The notes under the pieces: generated by a model | The model's database searches: none | What the model was told of the DNA's origin: nothing | The model's input: the letters and a program-made list of their open reading frames with translations, nothing else | From: Selaginella moellendorffii | Lineage: Eukaryota > Plantae > Lycopodiophyta | Assembly: GCF_000143415.4 (NCBI RefSeq) | Contig: NW_003314327.1 | Location: 253,735 to 317,734, forward strand | DNA length: 64,000 nucleotides | Direction of reading: 5' to 3' | Made by a program: the position numbers and the translations under genes | Part shown: positions 24,536 through 39,000 of the stretch, in pieces | How positions within the stretch are numbered: position 1 is the stretch's first letter | Layout: each line of letters begins with the position of its first letter

Positions 24536-27500
24536 ATGGAGGATGACGAAGAGCGCGGCGGCCAGGCTCGGATTCTCCACGGCGATGTCAAGACCGCCTC
24601 GTTCCCGGTGCGCGCCAATGCGCTCATGGCGAAGAATCTCGTGTTCCAGGTAAATCTCCCAGCTGCATTCCAGGGTTTGGATTCTCAGATCTTCCGCAGC
24701 GGCGAAGCTGGAAGACGAATGCTTGCCTGGTCATGTTTCCGGCATTGCTGTGCTTGCTGCTGTTTGGGATCCAGAAGATCGTCGATACGCTGATGAGAGA
24801 GCCGGCATTTACCTGTGGGTGTATGTGTGTTCCAGTGTCATCGGGCGACTGTGAGACACGGTGTGGCGTGGAGTACTCGGACAATGTCCAAGCCGTGACT
24901 TGCCCAGTTCCATCGCCTTACAAGATCCCCGCGATGATGCAAATATCGAGGAGACCCTTTCAGGCTGTTAACTTTGGAGGGGAGTTCCCAGGTTTTCCTG
25001 ATCCATCGTGCCGGACGTTCTGGAGCTGTCCATACGTGTTTGTCTACACTGGGCAGAATCGATCCATCGCAGACCGTAAGTAGAGTTTTCTTTTTCTTGT
25101 TTTGGTCATGTAACTTCTATTGTTTCTTTTCCTTGCAGAAATCACGAACCAAATGCTGAATGACGAACTGGATCTCGGAAATCCGCTTTCTTCTCTTGTT
25201 CCAGTAAGTCTTTTTTTCTTGGAACTTTAGATTTCTTATGCTGATGAGGACGTGTGCTTAGCGGTTTGATACGTCCAGGCTAGTTTCAGAAGGCCGCCGC
25301 TTGCTTATTTCATGGAGCCAGGATTGCCCAACCATTTCTATGTGTTGCGTCGAGACTGCTCGAACTACAACGGCCAATGGATAGCTCCGTGTACGCAAGA
25401 ACATACTTTACATTTCTCAGGTTGCATAAGAATTGTTTATTTCTGTAGGCATTCCCACGCTTTTGCTGTGGCGGGAAGATAGACGGATCATAGACAAGGA
25501 AATTTACAGAGGCTACATGAAAGGAAACGAACACAGATGGATCAATGAGATTCCTGCAGGTAAGATTTATAGTTTTCATGTGATGCCTCTAGAGCTACCT
25601 TGCTAAAACTTGCAGCGTATGACCTTCAAAGCACGAGCTTGCAGAAGCTCGATGTAAATATCTTCTATAACGCAACATATGCTGGTGACATTCGAATGGA
25701 ATTCCCAGGAATACTTCGAGTTGCTCGTAGCCTGAATCTGGTATGTTCCTTTCCCGGTTGTAATTGTCCTTCATTCACGAGTTTTGAGTTTTGCAGGTCA
25801 CAGAGGCCTTTCTAAAAACTATCCTGGGTTCAGTTGCTCGGTTGCCACTGCTGTTTATAAAGGAGATGCCAAAGCCAGAGACGAGATATGTTTTAGATTT
25901 TTCTTCGTTGCTTGGTCCCCTTTTTTACATGTGGGTTGTCCAGCTTCTACTTCCAGTAAGTACGCTCGGTTAATATTCTTTTGAACTCTTTGACGATAAG
26001 AGACGAAGGCTCATTTTGCAGGTGATGCTGACTTACCTGGTTTATGAGAAAGAACGAAACCTTCGTATGATGATGAAGATGCATGGTCTGGGAGATGGTC
26101 CATACTGGCTCATTACATACGCTTATTTCCTTGCGCTTTCAACCTTGTATATTATTTGCTTCATTTTGTTTGGCTCACTTGTCGGTATGGTTTTCCTGAT
26201 TTCATTCACTGGAACGTGAATCACTGTGGCAGGCTTGCAGTTTTTTCGGCTCAACGACTACTCTCTTCAGTTTACTTTTTACATGGTGTATATGAACTTG
26301 CAAATAGCTTTATCCTTCTTTGGCGCCACACTGTTCTCTCGAGTCAGCACAGCCACAGGTATGTCGGTGCAAACATTTGTTACTCTGCTATTTACCTTCG
26401 GATGCGCAATGCAGTTTGCGGGTACCTGTATGTTTTTGCCTTCGGGTTGCTAGGAGCTTTTCTCTTCCAAAATTATGTCGAGGACGTGCATACTAGCAGT
26501 ACGCGTTTGCCATTGTGCTTTCTGGTGTATTTTCTTATTGTTACTTGGTTTTAGGAGTGTTTATATTCTTGTTGGAACTATTACCTGGTTTTTCTCTTTA
26601 TCGCGGCCTCTATGAATTTGCACAGTATGCATTGGTCGGTGGGAAACAAGGAACTCATGGCATGCGCTGGAAAAATATCCACGATCGCGAGAATGCCTTC
26701 AAGCAGGTTGTTACAATAATGGCAGTCGAGTTACCGATCTTTACGATTTTAGCATTATATCTAGATCAAGTAGTTTCATCTGGAAGCGGGTTGAAGAGGC
26801 ACCCTTTGTTTTTCGTGAAGCGATATTTTCCCAGGCCTCAAGAAAATATTATTTCTCGAGTGTCTGAAGAAGGCGAACAAAAGCCAGATATTGCGAGAGA
26901 GGTATCTGCTTACAAAGTTGTGAGAGTACTTGCTTAATGCTTTTCTTGATAGGTACAAACTGTGCAAAGCTTAAGGGATGGGAATACGTCACTCTATTCG
27001 GTAGTTTGTGATGATCTGAAGAAAGTTTATATCGGGAAGGATGGCGGTCTTAGTAAATATGCTGTGCGCGGTTTATCATTGGCTATAGAGCGCGGAGAGT
27101 GTTTTGGGATGCTGGGACCAAATGGTGCAGGGAAGACGTCGAGTATCAACATGGTGACCTTTCTTTTCTTTTCACTCGATGTGAAGCTGTATATAACGTT
27201 CCTGCAGATGATTGGATTCCTTACACCTTCGTCTGGAAAAGTATATATCGATGGCGGGGACATTTCCAAAGACATGGATAAGCTGTACGCGGTCATGGGA
27301 GTTTGTCCTCAGCACGAGTAAGGTGTTCAGTAACTAGTGCTCTCTAACATTTCCTCGTTACTTTGGCAGTCTGATATGGGAACTATTGACTGGACGAGAG
27401 CATCTCCTCTTTTATGGCAGGCTAAAGAGCTTGAAAGGGTCTGCGCTTGAAAATGTGCGTATGTAACTGCTTAGTTCTATGCTTAATAACTCGTTGTTCT

Positions 27501-28282
27501 CTGCAGGCTGTGCAAGCGTCGTTGAAGAGCGTGGGCCTTTTTAATGGAGGTGTTGGCGACAAGAAAGCTGGGACATACAGTGGTGGGATGAAACGCCGGT
27601 TGAGTGTAGCTATATCCTTGATAGGAAATCCAAAGGTGAATGCCATCTCAGCACGATCACTAAACTTTCCTTGTTTCTGTGAAGGTTGTTTACATGGACG
27701 AGCCTAGTACAGGATTGGATCCAGCCTCGAGGAGGACACTCTGGAACGTGATAAGACAGGCCAAAGAAGACAGGGCCATCGTACTTACAAGTAATCTCTT
27801 TTGTTAACATGTATATTGTGCCTTAACTCTCCAGTACTCTCATTGCAGCGCATTCTATGGAGGAGGCAGAAGCACTATGCGACCGGATCGGAATTTTTGT
27901 CGAAGGAAAACTACAGTGCATCGGCAGCTCCAACGATGTAAGCGGTGCACGAATTTGTTTTTCCTCTTTTCAACGCCACGAGTGTGACTTCCAGCTCAAA
28001 TCGAGATACGGTGGCTCATACACTTTTACAGTCACGACGAGCCCGTCCAAGGAGCTGGAGGTGGTGGGGCTGGTTCACACTTGGTCACCTCGAGGAAAGA
28101 GAACATACAACCTTTCCGGCACGCAGAAATTTCAGCTACCGAAGGAAGGCGTGGAGCTGTCACGGGTGTTTAGAGACACAGAGAACGCGAAAGAGACGCT
28201 CGAGCTACAAGCGTGGGGCCTGGCGGACACAACCCTGGAGGACGTGTTCATCAAAGTGATGAAGGAGCTCAAGCAGATGTGA
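24536..28282 (+). CDS. Half-size ABCA transporter (AtABCA3-8/ABCA7-like), copy A1
   Basis: [30 protein letters not shown], Walker A GPNGAGKT, signature YSGGMKRRL, Walker [26 protein letters not shown]; the splice junctions I checked join in frame. Confidence 0.93.
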
Positions 28283-28459
28283 TGGAGAAGAAGGTCGTGG
28301 GGGTGTTTGAATACGAATATCCGCTTGTACATGGCGGTTCACGATTGCGGGAACCTCAACGGTGGATCTTCATTTTTTCCTGGGTGCATGACCAATGAGG
28401 CTTAGTGCTTCTCTCGAGATCCAGCTCGTGGAAGACGCGGGAAACGCAGGATCAAAGCG

Positions 28460-30460
28460 ATGCCGCTGCCGGAGACACAGTCGGAATGGCCTGCTGCTAC
28501 ATTCTCAACTCAAGCCAATGCGTTACTTCGCAAAAATCTAGTTTTCCAGGTAAAGTTTCGATTTTACTTGACAGCGCGCCTGAGTTTTTTTCTTTCTTCC
28601 GTCGAACCATGAATTCCGATTTCCAGAGACGGCGATGGCTGCTAGTGCTCCTCCCGGGGCTGCTGTGCGTTTGCGCTTTGCAATGCAAAAGATAATTGAC
28701 TTCGAGAACAACAAAGCCTCCAACAAGTGTGGCTGCGCTTGCGTGCCTCGCAACGATTCCAGCGGCTCTTGTGACAGAGTCTGGCATTGAGTATTCCACC
28801 GACAGGCAGGCGCTCACTTGCTCGGTTCCGTCGCCTCCGGAGGCCCCGGCCATGCTTTAAGTCCCAGATGCAAGATACCGAGCCGTCAACTTTGAAGGGA
28901 AGTTTCCTGGATTCCCAGATGTGACTCCGGATCTTGCGATTTAGTGCTCCTGTACACTGGGAGGAATCGATCATTGGCCGACAGTTAGTAGACGATCGAG
29001 AGATTGATTTCAGCTGACCAAAGATTTGATTGTCGCTTGTGCAGCACTGACGGATTATTTACTGAGCAATGGCTTCAATGCGTCTGCTGATCCCATCTTG
29101 TCAACTATCGTGCCGGTATATTTACGTTTTTCTTTTCACGGCAGCCAAGTATCTCACTTCATTGTCTTGGCCGCCAGGGAATATCTAGAAAAGTTCCATT
29201 GTCTTACTTTTTGGAGTCAATTTCCTGCACACAAGCTCTACAGAAGCTGGATCTCCTTGTCTACTACAACTCAAGCTATAGAGGCGATGTTGTCCGTATT
29301 CTTCGGGTTGCTCGAAGCATGAATATAGTAAGCTCTCTAAGCTTCTCACGTTTTGGATTAATTTTTTCACTTGCAGGCTGTTTCTCAGCGTTTCTGAAAC
29401 GTTGCTTGGCAGCTGCCTTCGGCTTTTCGGAAAGAAATGCCGAAGAAACTATTTATAAACCTCACAGTCCCTCTCTTTTATATGTGGGTGGTACAGCTTC
29501 TATTTCCGGTAAGTTAACAGTCCATAGTACTTATATGCTTAGCTCTGTGGCTTTTGCAAGCGTAGGTGATTTTGATCTCCTTGGTTTATGAGAAAGAACG
29601 AAGGCTTCGAATGATGATGAAAATGCATCGATTAGGAGACGACCCCTACTGGTTTCCATGTTGTAGTTCTTTTTCATGATTTTTGGCTATGCCATCGGTA
29701 AGCTCATTTGCATCTGCAATATTCCGCTTGACGACCATCCTTTTCTAGGCTTAACTTTTTCAAAAAAAACTGTTACAGCATACAGTTTATAGTTTACTTT
29801 GTCTACATGAACATGCGAATAGCTATGGCTTTTCTGGCGACGAGACTGTTTTCGGATGTTTTGACTGCCACAGGTCAAGTTCTTTCCTTTTCATAGTTTG
29901 CGGGTACTTGTACGTTTTTGGGTTCGGGCTGTTAGGAACGTTTCTCATGGTGGTATATCGAGGACAACTATTAGCAGTAAGTGAACGCATGAAGATTATT
30001 TCAATCCAACTTCTGTCTTTTTTAAAAATTGTCTCAGGAAAGATATCTCTGCGACCGAAATACTTCCTCCCTATACGTATTCTCGCAGTAAGCGTTGCCG
30101 GGATCGAGGACTGGTACAAAGGGAATGGAATGGAAGGACCTCGATAATGGATTGCGGGAGATTCTTCGAATGAATTATTTTCCTAGTTCTGGCACATTAC
30201 CTGGATAAAGTGATTGCTTCGGGGTACGGGCTGAAGAGAAGGCCATTGTTTTTTCCACAAGTCGGCAGCTGCAGCCAGACAATCTAAGCAGGCCAGATGT
30301 TGCAAACGAGGTATGTATCTCTTCAACATGAAACGTGCCTGACCTTTGCGTTATGTAGAGAGCAATCGTTACCATCAAGGTGGAAAGAACGGCTGGGCAT
30401 CCAAGCGTGGGGATTGGCAGATACCACGCTAGAAGATGTTTTCATCAAATTAGCAAACAA
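28460..30460 (+). pseudogene. Pseudogene copy of ABCA A2 (31332-35052) with many internal deletions
   Basis: Colinear with 31330-33730, then jumps at ~30375 to the A2 terminal segment ([21 protein letters not shown]); contains stops and frameshifts. Confidence 0.9.
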
Positions 30461-30484
30461 CATTCAAACTGGCTGTAAGGCGGA

Positions 30485-31200
30485 AACCTGGAATACTTCG
30501 AGTTGCATGAATCTGGTATGTTTCTTTCCCGGTTGTAATTTCCCTGCATTGACGAGTTTTGCCAGGAGATGAGAGACGTGATATGTTTTAGATTTTTCTT
30601 CGTTGTTTTCTACTTATGGGTTGACATCCAGCTTCTGCTTCCAATAAGTACGCTCGTTTAGTAATCTATTTGCATGTTTGACGATAAGAGATTTTGCAGG
30701 TGATGCCGATTGCGAGAAGAACGAAACCTTCGTACATGGATGATCCATAAATCTTGTATAGTATTTGTTCGGCTCTCTTGTCGGTAAGGTTTTCCTGATT
30801 TCAGTCACTGGAATGTGAATCACTGTGGCAGGCTTGCAGTTTTTTCGCTCACTCTCTTCAGTTTAATTCTTACATGGTGTATATGAACTTGCAAAATAGT
30901 TTTATCCTTCGTTGGCGCAACACTGTTTTTTCAAGTTAGCACAGCCAGAGGTATGTAGATGCAAACATTTGTTACTGTGCTATTTACCTTCGGATGAGCT
31001 ATGCAGTTTGCGGGTACTTGTGTGTTTTTACCTTCGGGATGTTTGTACTTGTATGTCCAGCTCAAATCGAGATACGGCAGCTTGTTCACTTTCACAATCA
31101 CGACGAGCCCGTGAGGCCGTGGGGGTGTTTGAATCCGAATATCCGCTCGCGCGTACGGCTCACGTTTTGCGGGAACTCAACGGTGGATCTTCATTGACTA
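30485..31200 (+). pseudogene. Collapsed pseudogene of ABCA A1 with its 3' flank
   Basis: Blocks match 25710-26430, then 27990-28050 and 28295-28375 (gggggtgtttgaat, cgggaa(c)ctcaacggtggatcttcatt). Confidence 0.88.
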
Positions 31201-31331
31201 CGAGGCAGCCGAAGTTTCGTTCTTGGGGGGCATGACCGAGTGAAGGATTTGGGGGCGATTGAAAAGTCGGGCCTTAGGGCTTCTCTCGAGCTCCAGCTCG
31301 TGGAAGACGCGGGAAACGCTGGATCAGGGCG

Positions 31332-34300
31332 ATGCCGGGGGGTGCCGTGCTGGAGACGCAGTCGGAATTGCCTGCTGCTACATTCTCGACGCAAGCCAAT
31401 GCGTTGCTTCGCAAAAATCTAGTTTTCCAGGTAGGAGTTTCGAGCTTTTTCTTTCTTTCGGCGAGCTTCTTCGAACGATTTTATTGATTTCCAGAGGCGA
31501 CGATGGAAAACCAGCTTGCTGCTGGTGCTTTTCCCGGGGCTGCTGTGCGTTTTTCTGTTCACGATGCAAAAGATCATCGACTCCGAGAACAACAAAGCCT
31601 CCAACAAGTGCGGCTGCGCTTGCGTGCCTCGCAACGATTCCAGCGGCGCTTGCGACACGGTCTGCGGCGTTCAATATTCCACCGACAGGCAGGCGCTCAC
31701 TTGCTCGGTTCCGTCGCCTCCGGAGGTCCCGGCCATGCTTCAAGTCCCAGATGCAAGATACCGAGCCGTCAACTTTGAAGGAAAGTTTCCTGGATTCCCA
31801 GATCCACGATGCCGTGACTCCGGATCTTGCGATTTCGTGTTCCTGTACACTGGAGGGAATCGATCATTAGCCGACGGTTAGTAGACGATCGAGTGAGTGA
31901 TTCTAGTCTGACGAAAAGTTTTATTCTCGCTTGTGCAGCACTGACGAGTAATTTACTAAGCGACGACTTCGATGCTTCTCCCGATCCCATGTCCATCTTG
32001 TCTACTATCGTGCCGGTATGTTATGTTTTTCTTCTCAAGGCTGCCAAGCATCTCACTTCATTGTCTTGGCGGCCAGGGAACATCCAGAAAAGTTCCATTC
32101 TCTTACTTTTTGGAAGACGCATTGACAAAAAACTTCAGCATTTTGTTGCGTGACTGCACGAACGCCATGGGAATTCCATGTAACCCTTTCTTTTTTTCTC
32201 TTCTATTGTTTTTGTGATCAAGAATGGTTTCAGGTGTTCCAACCGATATGGTTTGGAGGGACTCTAAGCAATTGATCGAAGAGGATATCTATGACGGCTA
32301 CAGAAGAGCGAACCCTGAAAGGTTCATAAATGAAATAACTTTGGGTGAGGCGCTGGTGTTCTTTGTTCGTAGTACTAATACACGAATACACTTTCACCAC
32401 GTAGCTTACAACTTCCTGGACACAAGTTCTCAGAATCTGGATCTCGTTGTCTACTACAACTCAAGCTATAGAGGCAACGTTGCAAGTAATGCTAATTCGG
32501 TTCTTCTTCGGGTTGCTCGAAGCATGAATATAGTAAGCTCTCTAAGCTTCTCACCTTTTGGATTAATTTTGTCACTTGCAGGCTGCTTCATCGTTTCTGA
32601 AAATGTTGCTTGGTCCTTCAACACAGCTGCCTTTTGCTTTTATGAAAGAAATGCCGAAGCAAGAATCAAAACTACTGATAAACTTCACACTGTTGCTTGG
32701 CCCTCTCTTTTATATGTGGGTGGTGCAGCTTTTATTTCCGGTAAGCTAACAGTCCATGAGTACTTATATGCTTTGCTCTGTGGCTTTTTACAACTGCAGG
32801 TGATTTTGGTCTCTTTAGTTTATGAGAAAGAACGAAGGCTTCGAATGATGATGAAAATGCATGGTTTAGGAGACGGCCCCTACTGGTTTATCAACTACGT
32901 TTACTTCCTTGCCTTTTCGATATTGTACATACTCTTTCTCATGATATTTGGTGCTGCCATCGGTAAGTTCATTTTCATCTGCGGTATTCTAGTTGACGAG
33001 CATGCTTTTCCAGGCTTGGACTTCTTCAGACAGAACAGTTACAGCATACAGTTTGTATTCTACTTTGTCTACATGAACTTGCAAATAGCTATGGCTTTTC
33101 TTGGGACGGCACTATTTTCACATGCTTTGACTGCCACAGGTTTGATAGTTTCATGTTTTTGTACTTTTCTCTCAAGCTCTTTACTTTCATAGTTTGCGGT
33201 TACTTGTACGTTTTTGGGTCCGGGCTGTTAGGATCGTTTCTCATGGAAAACTATATCGAGGACACGAATATTAGCAGTAAGTGAACGTTTGTAGATTTTT
33301 TCATCATAAATTTTCCTGGTTTGAACGTTTCTCAGGAAAGATTATCTTTGCGACCGAAATACTTCCTGGTTTCGCTCTCCATCGTGGCCTATATGAATTC
33401 TCGCAGTATGCGTTGCTGGGATCAAGTGCTGGTGAAAAGGGAATGGAATGGAGGAACCTTGCAGACCACGATAATGGATTGCGGCAGGTTCTTGCAATAA
33501 TGCTCGTCGAGTGGATTATTTTCCTGGTTCTTGCACAATACCTGGATAAAGTGATTGCTTCCGGGTGCGGGTTGAAGAGAAGGCCATTGTTTTTCTTGGA
33601 AAGGTTTTTCCAAAAGTCGGCAACTGTAGCAAGTGATACAGATGATATAAGCAGACCCGACGTTGCAAATGAGGTATGTATCTCTTCGACATGAAAAGTA
33701 CCTGATCTTTGCGTTACGTAGAGAGCAATTGTTGAGACGTTAAGGACTGCTAGCAATTCATCCTTTGCTATCATATGTGACGACTTGAAAAAGATATACG
33801 CTGGTAAAGATGGAAATCCGGATAACTACGCAGTTCGAAGTTTGTCGCTGGCTATACGGCGTGGAGAATGCTTTGGTATGCTAGGTCCAAATGGTGCTGG
33901 AAAGACTACTAGCATCAACATGGTAAGAATTTCCATTTTCATATCGCGAAAAAGACTGACTTTGCTATTCCGATAGATGATTGGGTTTTTGACTCCATCC
34001 TCAGGAAAAGCATTTGTTGCGGGATTGGATATTTCCAAAGACATGGATAAAATCTACACAGTTATGGGTGTCTGCCCTCAACACAAGTAATAACTGAAGA
34101 AGACTTCCTTTTTTCCCTTTTATTGGTGTAACTTGAATTTATTTTTCTCCAGTTTGCTATGGGGATCACTGACTGGAAGGGAGCATCTTCTATTTTATGG
34201 ACGCCTAAAGAATCTCAAGGGTGCTGCTCTGGACTCCGTATGTGTTTGATTTTCCATTTCCTACCTGCACTCATTTTTTCGGATGTTATCAGGCCGTGGA

Positions 34301-35052
34301 AACATCTCTGAAAAATGTAAATCTCTTCTATGATGGGGTGGGAGACAGAAGAGCAGGGACATATAGCGGGGGAATGAAAAGACGGCTCAGCGTGGCCATT
34401 TCTCTCATTGGACATTCAAAAGTACGTATACACCTTGAAAACTCCGACTGAAAAACTAAAGCGTTGTGGCAGGCGGTTTATATGGATGAGCCAAGCACCG
34501 GATTGGATCCTGCCTCACGAAGGACGCTATGGAACGCTATCAAGAAGGCAAAGCAAGATCGTGCTATCATATTAACGAGTAAGTGATTCTTCAAGATTCG
34601 CGAGAGAGGGATTGTTATCGCTTGTTGTTTTGCAGCACATTCAATGGAAGAGGCAGAAGCCTTGTGCGATCGCGTTGGTATTTTCGTGAAAGGTCAGCTC
34701 CAGTGCATTGGCAACACGAGAGAGGTGAGTGAAAAAGAGAGCTCTCACTTTGTTTCATCAATTTTCTTTCCTCCAGCTCAAGTCCAGATATGGTGGCACT
34801 TACGTCTTCACTGTGACTGGCGACCCCTCGAAGGAGCAAGAAGTGGGAAATCTGGTGCGCGAGTGGTCGAGTGGTGCAAAACAGGTTTACAACCTCTCTG
34901 GCACTCAAAAGTTTGAGATACCGAAGGACGACGTGAAGATAGCTAAGGTGTTTAGAGAAGTCGGCGAGTGGAAAGAGCGGCTGGGCATCCAAGCGTGGGG
35001 ATTGACAGATACCACTCTAGAAGATGTTTTCATCAAAGTAGCGACCAATTAA
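31332..35052 (+). CDS. Half-size ABCA transporter (ABCA7-like), copy A2
   Basis: [61 protein letters not shown]; ends FIKVATN*. Confidence 0.93.
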
Positions 35053-35129
35053 ACGAGAAAGAAAAAGATCACATGACTTGTGCACAGGCTTAAAGGAAGA
35101 CCGATGATCGTCGAATATGCCCGAGGCCA

Positions 35130-35640
35130 AAAATAACAAGCGCGATTAGAATCAATGATCGTCAAAATGACCAAAGGTTTATCGTCAAGCCCGAGCTGGG
35201 AACACAAGGGAATTCCATCATGGAAGGCATTGTGGTCGGATCCACCAATGAACCGCCGGTTTCACACCCAATCCTTCCACCAACAGTCCGCTGGAAAGAT
35301 GAAAAGTAGTTGTGAGTATACACAAAGAACGAAAACCAAGAGGATTCACCTGAGATGTCTGTCTTGTTCCTCAGCCTCTGGAGCACAAGTCTAGCTTCCA
35401 ATGAACTGCGGCAGCGTGGACAGCGTCTCACGTATCTCCGGAGGAGCAGTCTCGGCAATGTATCACTGTCACTGCGATGCCGAGACCCGAGCCGACCAGC
35501 AACCTTGACAAGATCAGCACGGCGACCACAGCATGATCGCAGAGCTCGTGGTGTAGAAAACCGCCGAAACGATGAGAATAGCTCGCTGGCCCAGCCACGA
35601 TCCAGGCCCCGAGCTAAGGAGAGCTGCGACGGGCTCCACC
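35130..35640 (-). pseudogene. Collapsed fragment of a tonoplast monosaccharide transporter (TMT/TST) gene
   Basis: Frameshifted blocks WLGQRAILIVSAVFYTTSSAIMLWSP, LILSRLLVGSGLGIAVTV, YIAETAPPEIRETLSTLPQFIGS and EARLVLQRLRNKTDISG|..GLLVEGLGV, with the intron retained. Confidence 0.8.
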
Positions 35641-36059
35641 GAAGACCAAGAACAAAGGTTCGTCGTTTCTCGAGAATGGATCCAGCCAGCACGTTTTGTA
35701 TACACTGGAAGTCTCGTGGATCGCCAAACCTCTGCTCAAATCCGATCCAACACACAGCAGCTTCTCACAAGCCAGTAGTCTCCTTTTGGAAACCTCATCA
35801 ATGTGGCTCCCAGCAGCAATCGTGCTACGAGTCCAACGTCGAGAAAGGCGAGGGGATTTCGAAGAAGGTGGGGTGGTGGGAGAGATTGAGGAGCTCTTAA
35901 CTCCACTGCTGTGACAATGTGCAAGCTCAAAGTTGGCAGCATGATGGGAGTTAACTCAGTGTGAATGGGACTATGGTTGTGAACCTGACTGTGAGTGCTC
36001 AGCTGGCACTTTGGAATGGGATAACCAGAGGACCATTGTCAGTGATCAAGAACACCAAT

Positions 36060-39000
36060 AGTTTTTTCTTAACTTTGAAAGAAATTCATTGAAACTTTGA
36101 AGCTATAAATTTTTAACATACACCATTGGATCGCTTTGAAACTTTTGAGCATGTTACTCCCTTATCCTCCTAGCTTCTCACCATTTGGATTTCCCATCTG
36201 AGTGTTCAACAAAAATTCTGAAGCACTAATAGTAATTAATAATTTTTCATGTGCTTTGAAACTTAATTAAGTCATTAGATCATACTAAATTTAGTCCACA
36301 GATACCCACTAAGGTCCTCTTCAATCCCATCAGAGCAATTTGCAATCCAGGTAGTGGTTCCTCTACAACATTTAAATCAAAGAGGCAATAAGGCTAGAGT
36401 TAAGATTGAGCAGAACTCTATTACAGCCCATTTGGATAGATTTTCTAAGTTTGGTGGGAGGTTTGATTTTGCAAGTGATGCCCAAATTTAAAACTCACCA
36501 AAAACTTTGGAACTATGAATTTCCAACTTCAACTAGTATGTGCTTCTCCACCTCAATTATGTCTCTATTGCTTAAATTTTGCATCTGATGCCTGAAAATA
36601 AACTCTATTGCATTGGTAGAAACTATTAAACTTTTGTTGTGCTCAGAATTTTTTATGTTGATATTTTGTGATTCAGCCATTAGATCTTTATGAAACTTCA
36701 CTAATAAGTTATTGTATTTCTAAATAGTTCTAAAAATCTTCAGTAATTAATATATCCAAATCTCATTCCATAATCATATAGTTTATTCTCAATAGAGTTT
36801 TTTGTGGCAATGCTTCTAGTTCTAAGCTCTACCATCAATATTTGTTCTCTAGAATGGATTGATTAGAGTTCTAAAGTTTAGGTGAAAAGCTTTGCAAGGT
36901 TGATTACTATCTCTAAAACTTTATATATAATGCCTTGGTGTGTGAGACCATAAAGGATTGCACATTATAATACCTACATATTGCAAATGTGACTATAAGT
37001 ATCAAAAGTATTGTAAATTGGGCATAATTAACCAACTTGACATTTATTTGTTTGGCTATCCTTATTTTGTATTTAACTTGGGTCTAAGCTTAAACTCCAT
37101 ACCATGTTAATTAATGAAGTATTTATATCCTTATGTTAGACCATTGGTATGTCGAAATAGTGCCAAACTTTAACCCCTAAAAACTTACCCCCAAAATAAG
37201 TATGCAATTTCATGCTAAATTAAAACACGGCCATCATTTGAGATCTCCATTGATGACTTCTTGGGTCCATGCAAATTTATGTAGATTGCAATTGAATTTC
37301 CCAACCTCTCACCTTGCATAACAACCTAACACTTCTTTCAAGCTAGTTTTTATATTACCTCCTCATTATAGTCTTTGTGTGTTAGATCCTAAACTTTATT
37401 GTCACTGTCCTTATGATTATTGTCATTGTATATTAGATCTTGGACTTCATTGTCATTGTCCTTGTTATTGTTATCATTGTATGTTGGATTTTGGACTTTG
37501 TTGTCACTTTCCTTGTCATTATTGTCATTGTATGTTTGATCTTGGACTTCATTATCATTGTCCTCATCATATGTTAGATCCTAGAAATCTTGGACTTTAT
37601 TGGACTTTATTATTTCCTTTATGTGGATTTAATTATAAGATGCTGGGAAACTTTATCCTCATTATGTTAGAGTCCAACATCCTTGCTAACTGAAGGCAGA
37701 TCCTAGAGGTGGAACATTAACTATGCTAGCTTTATCCACCCACCTACAATAAACATAAAAAAGGACTAGTAAATCAAAGTAAGTGAAAATGAAAAACTTA
37801 CTTTAAAGCAACATTTTTAAGTCTTTCAAATTTCACTATATATAAATTTTTGTGTCGAAATTGAACAAACATGGCTTACATTCTATCACTCCAAAGCTCA
37901 TATATCCCATCTAGTCCTAAAATGAATACGGGCAGTAATGTATTATATGCTTCTTGGTTCCATTGCAGTATAATCGCCACACCACCCACAAAGTAAAAAA
38001 ACATTTAACTCTATTTTGCATATTGGTATTAGCATTGATATTGGATGTTTTAAGATTGTTTCAATGTCATTCTTTAGGCTATATGCTTAAGAGTTATTTT
38101 ATGCTTTAATTGATTTATTTCTTGGTTAAATGCTTAGGAGTTTTACTCCATTTTTATGTTTAGAGACCTAAAGCCTTGAAGCTTGAATTCCACTCTATTG
38201 CCTTTGGTATATGTGTTCAAGGGTTCTTATTTTGCTCTATAATTATCCTATACAACACATTAGTGGTGTTTGACACATTGTGTTACAAGATGCTGCAAAA
38301 CAAATTAATTGTTATAATTGCCAAAAGAAGAGGAGGGAAGAGATATGTGTGTTATGTTTATTTTTTTTTGTAGAAAGTAAAATTTCTATCCTTCTTATAC
38401 AAAATATTGTGAAAGGTATAGTATTTCATCCTTTCTTTACTTTCCTTAAAGAGAGAATGTAAAAGATGACAATTACACTAGTTGTAACTTGCATGTAACA
38501 TTTCATCTTTCAATTAATGCCCTTTTCCTATCTTGTGTGGAATATTAGGTTCCTCAAAAATGAAGTTTTTTGTTTTTTGGCATTAAAGAACATGGTTGTT
38601 AGTGACAAGGTAATAGTATTCCTTGTATGATATATACATCTAAAAGTCTTTTTTTATGATTTTATATCATCTTATTTGAATTGTTTTTAATAGATGACAC
38701 TATTTAGTAACTTGAAAAAAGGTATTTCATTTCTTTATAGAAGGTTTAAGCTAAATTTTTCATTAATTGTGTAGAGGTATTGGCATGCTACTTTAGCAGG
38801 AAAACATCTTGCTCATAGAGTTGAATGAAAATAATTGATAATTCATTTCTCCTTAACCTAGAAGGTTTAAATTTGTTATTAATTGCAAACTCCCTCCCAT
38901 ATGATAAATTGCTCACACGAAGAAGAGCACTAGAGTTCTACATATAAGATCATACAAAGAGATAAGGAGAAATAAAAAGAAATTCTTAGAGTTAAAAGGA

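Noticed and set aside
37379-37693. Cys/His-rich 'metallothionein-like' ORF, or a CRISPR-like array
   Set aside because: Translation of a 51-bp minisatellite without unique spacers; non-ATG start.
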